Positions 45,017 to 50,517 of a stretch of 50,517 nt of DNA are shown one piece after another. Location of the stretch: NCBI GenBank assembly GCA_002378745.1, contig DFRR01000003.1:1-50517 (forward strand), read 5' to 3'. The stretch comes from Patescibacteria group bacterium UBA3458. GTDB lineage: Bacteria > Patescibacteriota > Minisyncoccia > Phycocordibacterales > UBA2100. The translations under genes were made by a program, and so were the position numbers. The notes below the pieces were generated by a model. The model searched no databases. It was given only the letters and a program-made list of their open reading frames with translations, and had not been told where the DNA came from. Each line of letters begins with the position of its first letter. The stretch's first letter is position 1.

Positions 45017-45373
45017 TTGTATATGATGAAACATAAAATCTATACAATGGCTGTTGCGAAGGTGTACCCGATGTACATTGCGAAGGCAGAGAAGAAAGGG
45101 CGCACAAAGCAAGAAGTGGATACGGTTATAAAATGGCTTACGGGGTATACGCAACGGCAACTGGATTCTGTAGTGAAAAAGGAGGTGGACTTTGAAACGT
45201 TCTTTAAACAAGCGCCAAAGCTGAATCCGGCACGAAAGTTAATTACCGGCAAAGTGTGCGGTGTTCAGGTAGAAGACATTACAGAGAAAACCATGCGCGA
45301 AATTCGCTATCTCGATAAGCTCGTTGATGAGCTGGCAAAAGGGAAGGCGATGGAGAAAATATTGCGAAAGTAG
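45017..45373 (+). CDS. DUF2200-like protein
   Basis: 118 aa. '[37 protein letters not shown]' is recalled as the DUF2200 pattern. Confidence 0.6.
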   Translation: MYMMKHKIYTMAVAKVYPMYIAKAEKKGRTKQEVDTVIKWLTGYTQRQLDSVVKKEVDFETFFKQAPKLNPARKLITGKVCGVQVEDITEKTMREIRYLDKLVDELAKGKAMEKILRK

Positions 45374-45442
45374 CATGTCTATTTAAGTATGCACACATAC
45401 ACTTTTGTATGTAGAGTGCAGATTTTTGTGTATACTCATTGC

Positions 45443-46225
45443 ATGATTAAAGGTATCACCAAAGTACTGTTAGCCGCAGGTATCCTTGGGGCAGGTGCGT
45501 ATGGGCTTGCCGCTGTGGGCGCGATGCCACAAGAAGCATATTCTCGTGGACTTGGCTTCGTCGTTGCGCTACAGGAAGGTTCTGGACCTTTTGATGGTAC
45601 GTGGGTGGCTCATGCAGATGCAGATATTGCAGAGACGGACGAAGCGTTTTGCGGAACAGCAACTGGACAATTTGTCGTGCAGGGAAGTCGCATGTATGGA
45701 AGCGTAGAAAACGAGTTTGGGGATACATTTATGGTGACAGCGAATGTTGACGGGGGTGGAGATATGAGCGGAGGAATGGCATTAGGAATTGAAAACGTCG
45801 CCCACTTTACCGGCACGCTCCTTGATAGCAATGGTGTGGGCACCTGGAGCGATGAACTCGGATGTTATGGTGACGTTACCTTTCAACGAATAACTGCGGT
45901 TGGTTCCCACGATCCGCGGTATATACGAGAAATAGCAGGTAGAGCATTCGTCGTTCGCGGCATACGGACTATTCCAGCTGCACCCGGTCTCGTATTGCAC
46001 CCCGGAGATGTAGTTGCGGTAGAGGAGTCCTCGCAGGTAATACTTGCTATCGGTTCGGATGTGTTACGAATCTCTGAAAAGACAAAGTTTGAAATTCCTG
46101 CGGAGGAGACAGATGTGCAAGAGTCTACCGTTACCGACCGAATATGGACCTCTTTGAAGTATTTAATACAGGGTCCGTCGTTTGAAATTAAAACACCAAC
46201 GGCTGTTGCGGGTGTGCGGGGTTGA
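45443..46225 (+). CDS. Membrane-anchored protein ending in a FecR-like domain that appears C-terminally truncated
   Basis: Starts 'MIKGITKVLLAAGILGAGAYGLAA' (ATG 45443). The C-terminus 'VVAVEESSQVILAIGSDVLRISEKTKFEI...TPTAVAGVRG*' stops at the point where FecR domains normally continue (GVRGTxF...). Confidence 0.45.
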   Translation: MIKGITKVLLAAGILGAGAYGLAAVGAMPQEAYSRGLGFVVALQEGSGPFDGTWVAHADADIAETDEAFCGTATGQFVVQGSRMYGSVENEFGDTFMVTANVDGGGDMSGGMALGIENVAHFTGTLLDSNGVGTWSDELGCYGDVTFQRITAVGSHDPRYIREIAGRAFVVRGIRTIPAAPGLVLHPGDVVAVEESSQVILAIGSDVLRISEKTKFEIPAEETDVQESTVTDRIWTSLKYLIQGPSFEIKTPTAVAGVRG

Positions 46226-46270
46226 TGTCTGCGTGCACGTAGTGTGTAGCACTTCTCGAAAAAAAGAAAA

Positions 46271-46385
46271 CCACTTCCGGAGAAGTGGCGGGGTGGATGC
46301 CCGGGCAGCAGCGGGCTCGTTTCACGATACAAGCGGCATTCCTCAGCGGCGACCCTAGGGTCAACCAGAGTGTGCCCGAGCATCC
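46271..46385 (-). ncRNA. Candidate structured small RNA (about 91-nt core) with its own rho-independent terminator
   Basis: On the minus strand, a 13-bp closing helix pairs 46385-46373 (GGAUGCUCGGGCA) with 46307-46295 (UGCCCGGGCAUCC). Internal hairpins are GACC-CUAG-GGUC and UCGU-GAA-ACGA. A terminator follows: CCACUUC-UCCG-GAAGUGG (46288-46271) plus UUUUCUUUUUUUU. A TATAGT box lies 7 nt upstream. The identity is unknown. Confidence 0.4.
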
Positions 46386-46499
46386 AGTCAGACTATAGTT
46401 TGTTTTGTGTTAGTCGTCCAGCTCGGTCGGATTATGTTGCACAATGTGTATCCGGGCGTACACTCACGGGGTTGTTCTCTAGAAAGAAGGAGTGAATAC

Positions 46500-46772
46500 A
46501 TGAGTGATGTAATTCGCTGTGCAATTCTGCCACCGAGACCTCGTGAGTTACTCGGCATGGATTCGGCTGGGATCGGGCATTCGGCGGAGTGTTTGCGAGT
46601 GTTTGCGCACTTGGGACCGCACGTGCTCAAACATCCCGACGGTAGCTACATTGCTTGGGAGAATGATTACGAGTGTGAATGCTGCGATCCTGAAGATCCC
46701 TACGACCATTGCTATGTGCACTGGAAGCTCGACGAAGTAGAAGCACTTGAACTTATAGAAAGGCAGACTTAA
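46500..46772 (+). CDS. Small Cys-rich hypothetical protein
   Basis: 90 aa starting 'MSDVIRCAIL', with a strong RBS GAAGGAG at 46486-46492. It contains 'YECECCDPEDPYDHCYVHW'. The ORF-track start at 46407 was not used. Confidence 0.5.
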   Translation: MSDVIRCAILPPRPRELLGMDSAGIGHSAECLRVFAHLGPHVLKHPDGSYIAWENDYECECCDPEDPYDHCYVHWKLDEVEALELIERQT

Positions 46773-46807
46773 CCGTCCGCCTTTTTCTTTTTGCTATACT
46801 TACGAGT

Positions 46808-47092
46808 ATGAAAGCGCGGACGGCAAAAGAGGTACAAAAATTCACTGATATACCAAATGTGGGGAAGCGGATAGCTGCTGATTTTCAGGCGTTGGGTATT
46901 GCGAAACCGCAGGATTTGAAGAAACACAAAGCGTTCATGTTGTACACGAAACTCTCGAAAATGACCGGTGTTCGGCAAGACCCCTGCGTTTTGGACACAT
47001 TCATCGCAGTCGTTGATTTTATGAATGGTGCACCTGCTCGTCCATGGTGGTGGTATACTGCAGAGCGGAAGAAGCAGTTTCCTAATATATAA
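46808..47092 (+). CDS. Helix-hairpin-helix domain protein (Cdd1/pathogenicity-locus-like)
   Basis: 94 aa. 'FTDIPNVGKRIAADFQALGIAKPQDL' is an HhH motif and the C-terminus is 'PWWWY'. Confidence 0.55.
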   Translation: MKARTAKEVQKFTDIPNVGKRIAADFQALGIAKPQDLKKHKAFMLYTKLSKMTGVRQDPCVLDTFIAVVDFMNGAPARPWWWYTAERKKQFPNI

Positions 47093-47103
47093 TTTTCATC
47101 ATT

Positions 47104-47691
47104 ATGAACACGTATACAACACGCACCATTATTGGTATAGCTGTCGCTATTATTTGTGCCGGGGCTTTTTTCTATCTATACACTCCAGGTACTTATGTTA
47201 CAGACGAAGGCATTACTGCTGATTATAAAAACGCGAGCTATAGTATCGATGGCGTGCAAGTGCAGCTAAACAATGGTGTTGCTGAAACACCTGCAGCACC
47301 GGAGTCAGCAGCACGCGTTGTGACACAATACTTCGGGAACGAACTAGTAACTGATTTGAATGGTGACGGGCGTAATGACGTAGTCTTCTTGGTCACTCAA
47401 GAGACAGGTGGTTCAGGAACGTTCTTTTACGTGGTTGCAGCACTTAACACTGAAGACGGATACGTTGGCTCAGACGGATACTTCCTTGGCGACCGCATTG
47501 CGCCACAGAGTATTAACGAGAGTACCAATCCGCGACATAAGTACGTTATTGTCGCAAATTACGCCGATCGCGCTGAGGACGAACCGATGACCGCACAACC
47601 ATCGGTAGGAAAAAGTGCATATTTGAAACTTGATACCGAGCACATGCAATGGGGCATTGTGGTGCCTGACTTTGAGGGGGAATCGCGGTAA
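47104..47691 (+). CDS. Membrane-anchored hypothetical protein with an FG-GAP/VCBS-like 'DLNGDGRNDVVF' motif
   Basis: 195 aa with an N-terminal TM helix 'IIGIAVAIICAGAFFYLY'. Confidence 0.5.
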   Translation: MNTYTTRTIIGIAVAIICAGAFFYLYTPGTYVTDEGITADYKNASYSIDGVQVQLNNGVAETPAAPESAARVVTQYFGNELVTDLNGDGRNDVVFLVTQETGGSGTFFYVVAALNTEDGYVGSDGYFLGDRIAPQSINESTNPRHKYVIVANYADRAEDEPMTAQPSVGKSAYLKLDTEHMQWGIVVPDFEGESR

Positions 47692-47720
47692 CTACCGTGA
47701 ATATGGTACAGTAGGTACCT

Positions 47721-48182
47721 ATGAAAAAGATTTTGCTATTTATTGGAGTACCTCTTTTGGTGCTTATATTACTCATCTGGGGAAGAACGTTGGACACGAC
47801 GCTCGTGATGGTGGAGGGCACGAACGTTGCCTGTTTGCCGAATGGTCACCAGCAACTTGCCATACATATTCATCCGGAGCTCACCATTACCGTCGACGGT
47901 GAAAACGAAGTGATTCCTGCAAATGTTGGTATCGTTGGTACGTGTATGGCAGAGCTGCACACGCACGACACTACAGGAACGATACATGTTGAGACAGCGA
48001 CTCAAGAACGGTTTGCACAAATTGCCTTCGCAGACTTCTTTGATGTATGGGGTCGCTCAGTAGAGCGCGAAGGGTATGAGCTGGAGATTCGCTACGACGG
48101 AGAGGTGGTAGAGAGCATAACTGACGTGCCACTTGAAGACCATGGACAGATAGAGCTCATCTACACCAGTATTGAAGAATAG
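47721..48182 (+). CDS. Membrane-anchored hypothetical protein ('HTHD..GTIHVE' motif)
   Basis: 153 aa with an N-terminal TM helix 'ILLFIGVPLLVLILLIW' and the His-rich motifs 'HIHPEL' and 'LHTHDTTGTIHVE'. Confidence 0.5.
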   Translation: MKKILLFIGVPLLVLILLIWGRTLDTTLVMVEGTNVACLPNGHQQLAIHIHPELTITVDGENEVIPANVGIVGTCMAELHTHDTTGTIHVETATQERFAQIAFADFFDVWGRSVEREGYELEIRYDGEVVESITDVPLEDHGQIELIYTSIEE

Positions 48183-48190
48183 AGACTTGT

Positions 48191-48370
48191 ATGGGGAAGG
48201 AACCAGAGAAAACAAACTACACGGCGCTTGGCATTGCGCTAGGAATTTCGATAGGAAGTGGTCTTGGTGTGGCATTCGACAATATTGGTATCGGTATTGG
48301 ATTGGGCACTGCGCTTGGCGTGGCTATCGGTGCGGCGTTAGATGAACAGCACCAAAAGGATAACGAATAA
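48191..48370 (+). CDS. Small glycine-zipper membrane protein (59 aa; below the ORF-track cutoff)
   Basis: 'YTALGIALGISIGSGLGVAFDNIGIGIGLGTALGVAIGAAL' has a GxxxG-rich pattern. It is preferred over the antisense 48217-48405 ORF. Confidence 0.4.
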   Translation: MGKEPEKTNYTALGIALGISIGSGLGVAFDNIGIGIGLGTALGVAIGAALDEQHQKDNE

Positions 48371-48445
48371 GAGTCAGGGCTGTTGTTCATTAACCGAATC
48401 TCCATTAGTATACAGCTACTGTTACTACCTAATTAAGATAGAAAT

Positions 48446-48982
48446 ATGACTTCAAAAGAAGAAACAAAGGTACCGGATGTGGTGTTTAAAACACGCGTTC
48501 GTGACGAATCTATCGGCGGGGAAAACCCCTACCGATGGGAAGACAAAACGAGTGAGCAAATCTTTGGAGGAAAGAAAATCGTGCTCTTTGCACTCCCTGG
48601 CGCGTTTACACCGACGTGTTCATCAACACATGCTCCCGGGTATGAAGAAAAGTACGACGAGTTTAAAGAGCTTGGCGTTGACGAAGTGATTTGTCTCTCA
48701 GTAAACGATGCATTCGTTATGAAGAAGTGGGCAGACAACCTTGGCATCAAAAAAGTCTACATGCTTCCGGATGGAAACGCTGAGTTTACACAGGAAATGG
48801 GTATGCTCGTAGACAAGAGCAACCTTGGCTTTGGTGACCGCTCATGGCGCTACTCAATGTACGTCGAAGATGGTGTTATCAAAAAAGTATTTAGCGAACC
48901 GGGATTTGCAGATAATTGCCCAACTGACCCATTCGAAGTGTCTGACGCTGACACCATGCTTGCATACTTGCGAGGGCGGTAG
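48446..48982 (+). CDS. Peroxiredoxin, Prx5-like (AhpC/TSA family)
   Basis: 178 aa with the peroxidatic Cys context 'LPGAFTPTCS', plus 'VICLSVNDAFVMKKW'. Confidence 0.9.
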   Translation: MTSKEETKVPDVVFKTRVRDESIGGENPYRWEDKTSEQIFGGKKIVLFALPGAFTPTCSSTHAPGYEEKYDEFKELGVDEVICLSVNDAFVMKKWADNLGIKKVYMLPDGNAEFTQEMGMLVDKSNLGFGDRSWRYSMYVEDGVIKKVFSEPGFADNCPTDPFEVSDADTMLAYLRGR

Positions 48983-49010
48983 GTAGAGAACGATATTGTG
49001 GAATAAAAAA

Positions 49011-49042
49011 GAGTCCTGTGCCGATTAATCGACACAGGACTC
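49011..49042. terminator. Bidirectional terminator between convergent genes
   Basis: The stem 'gagtcctgtg ... cacaggactc' is preceded by AAAAAA, which is a T-run on the minus strand. Confidence 0.65.
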
Positions 49043-49049
49043 CGTCATT

Positions 49050-49442
49050 TCAGCAGTCCGCAGATGCGAGCGTGCCGTCCTGATTGTGCACCTGAAGCAC
49101 GTGTATGTCTTTTGGTCTCGGCGGTGTGCCGACGACACCACCGCAGCAGTTGATGAAGGTCAGCTGCTGCCCGTGACAGAAATGCTCTGTCACGATCGGG
49201 CGAAGCGAGTCAGAGGCATGCAGCCGAATGAGCTGCTTGCCGATCTCGGAGTTCGGGTCCTGGGTCCATTCGGCGAAACCATGCTCCTTTGCCTCGTGCG
49301 CCTTCTCGTGCAAGAACGCAACGGCCAAAGGCATATCGGCGCGAAGCGCCTCGACCAAAACCTGCTCTGCCTGTTCAGCGTTGAGCGTGGCAGAGTTGTA
49401 GCCGAGTTCCTCGATCACCTTCGGGATGGACGGAAGTGACAT
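49050..49442 (-). CDS. Hypothetical protein (130 aa) in a visibly GC-rich patch
   Basis: The ORF has a terminator downstream. No motif was recognised. An equally long antisense ORF (49086-49439) is a typical high-GC shadow. Confidence 0.5.
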   Translation of the reverse strand: MSLPSIPKVIEELGYNSATLNAEQAEQVLVEALRADMPLAVAFLHEKAHEAKEHGFAEWTQDPNSEIGKQLIRLHASDSLRPIVTEHFCHGQQLTFINCCGGVVGTPPRPKDIHVLQVHNQDGTLASADC

Positions 49443-49527
49443 GTCTGTTCCTCTTGTGCTTTTGTTAGTTACACCATTGCAACCAACAACAAATGTATGC
49501 GTCTAGTCACACTTGTTGTTGGCGGCA

Positions 49528-50487
49528 CTACATGTTTTCTACATATCGTGCAAGAGAGAAATTAGGGTCTATTTGTTCCAACAAGTTTTTTCCTACAGCA
49601 TCATTACCCCAACTTTCCGCGTTTTTTGTATGAAAGATGAGTGCTTGTGCATAGAATTTGTCCCAATCCTTTGCTTGTGCATCGACATGAGACTGTATCG
49701 TCGCAAGCGCTTCAATATTCTTTGTTTCTAACGCCATGTTTGCTTTCACTACGCCTCGATCAACAGCTTTTACAAATGGTGATGCAGAGAGTGTTGCTAC
49801 AAGGTCATCACCGATAGCTTCTTTGAGATACGCTTCATCCTCGGGACTTTCTATTTTGTTACCGATGACACGTATGTGCACGCCGTATTCTGCAGCATAC
49901 TGTTTATACTGCGTGTAGACACTTATTGATTTACGGGTCGGCTCAACAACAAGAAACGTGACGTCAAAGCGAGTAAAGAGTCCGGACGCAAAGGCATCTG
50001 CCCCGGCTGTCATATCGACAATGACATACTCGTTTTTGTGATCGATGAGATGGTTAAGAATCAATTCAACTGCACCTGTTTTAGAGTGGTAACAACGAAC
50101 CCCGAGGTCATCTTCGGTGAACGCGCCAACACGAAGAAAGCGAACTCCATTTTTTGAGTGCGAAAAGTACTGATACAACTCATTGTCTTCGGACACAGAA
50201 AGAAGGCGTGAACCGGTACCAGGTGGGGTAGTCTTTATCATTTCTGTCGCACTACCAATTCGTTGGTTTGAACCGCGGAGGTGCTCTTTCACCAGCGAAA
50301 TCTCCAATCCGAGCTGAGGAACCGCTTCGACTTCTTCATCTGAGAAGCCGAGCATGACCCCTAGATGTTGATTGATATCAGCATCTATCACAAGGGTAGG
50401 GAACCCTTTTTCTCCTAGGTATTGACTTAGCAACATACTGACTGTTGTTTTGCCGCTCCCGCCTTTTCCAACGAATGCTATTTTCAT
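49528..50487 (-). CDS. MinD/ParA/CooC-like P-loop ATPase
   Basis: The deviant Walker A is 'KIAFVGKGGSGKTT' and 'VIDADINQHLG' follows. 319 aa. Confidence 0.8.
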   Translation of the reverse strand: MKIAFVGKGGSGKTTVSMLLSQYLGEKGFPTLVIDADINQHLGVMLGFSDEEVEAVPQLGLEISLVKEHLRGSNQRIGSATEMIKTTPPGTGSRLLSVSEDNELYQYFSHSKNGVRFLRVGAFTEDDLGVRCYHSKTGAVELILNHLIDHKNEYVIVDMTAGADAFASGLFTRFDVTFLVVEPTRKSISVYTQYKQYAAEYGVHIRVIGNKIESPEDEAYLKEAIGDDLVATLSASPFVKAVDRGVVKANMALETKNIEALATIQSHVDAQAKDWDKFYAQALIFHTKNAESWGNDAVGKNLLEQIDPNFSLARYVENM

Positions 50488-50517
50488 AGATAGGGAGTAT
50501 ATACCCCTTTGTTACAA

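Noticed and set aside
46295-46385. Identification of the structured RNA as SRP (4.5S) RNA, or as a known riboswitch.
   Set aside because: The size, the hairpin-like closure and a faint resemblance to the E. coli 4.5S 5' strand (CUCUGGUUGACC) were noted. However, I could not place a GNAR-tetraloop-capped helix 8 or the AGCA/GGAA loop motifs, and no riboswitch consensus was recognised. The RNA is left unassigned.
44208-46400. A direct-repeat copy of the tRNA-Gln 3' end marking the far island boundary.
   Set aside because: None was found by eye. This is expected for serine recombinases, so the boundary remains inferred. The only partial copy (TTGGTTCGAG) lies 83 bp from the tRNA, inside the recombinase gene.
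46221-46494. A long open frame without a start codon continuing past the FecR-like stop (a possible frameshift rescue).
   Set aside because: Its translation (VDVCVHVVCSTSRKKRKPLPEKW...) does not resemble the FecR continuation, and it runs through the terminator hairpin and the RNA element.
48217-48405. 62-aa minus-strand ORF.
   Set aside because: It is antisense to a more plausible 59-aa glycine-zipper membrane ORF (48191-48370, plus strand), which has regular GxxxG spacing.

Overview
The window looks like a small-genome, Patescibacteria/CPR-like bacterium. That assignment is an inference from the Parcubacteria-style pilin sequences, tight gene packing and a shortened RF2, and it has not been checked by search. 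The window splits into three parts.

(1) 1-25.1 kb is core genome. It holds a complete type IV pilus operon: pilM, pilN-like and pilO-like genes, pilB, a CheY-like receiver, pilT, pilC, the major pilin, pilD and four minor pilins. After that come ligA, gatC, gatA, a tRNA cluster (initiator-like Met, Met, Asp, Thr, Thr), an ArsR regulator, a lysine-rich histone-like protein, a flavoprotein, an HNH endonuclease, prfB, ftsEX, pyrG and a VIT-family transporter.

(2) About 26.1-44.2 kb is an integrative island abutting tRNA-Gln(CTG). It carries a large serine recombinase whose 3' end runs antisense through the tRNA, and a DUF3631-like P-loop protein with small paralogous proteins. It also carries an 11.8 kb co-directional defence array: Fic, type I R-M (hsdM/S/R), a CD-NTase/SMODS-type nucleotidyltransferase with an AGS-C-like tail coupled to a 2-TM SLATT-like protein, a double zinc-ribbon protein and a PD-(D/E)xK/DUF4268-like protein.

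(3) 44.4-50.5 kb holds small accessory genes: DUF350, Excalibur, DUF2200, a truncated-looking FecR-like gene, a peroxiredoxin, a ParA/MinD-like ATPase and a terminator-flanked candidate sRNA.

The best candidate for a poorly described system is the nucleotidyltransferase / SLATT / Zn-ribbon / nuclease module fused to the R-M operon. All family assignments come from motif reading only. No database search was run.
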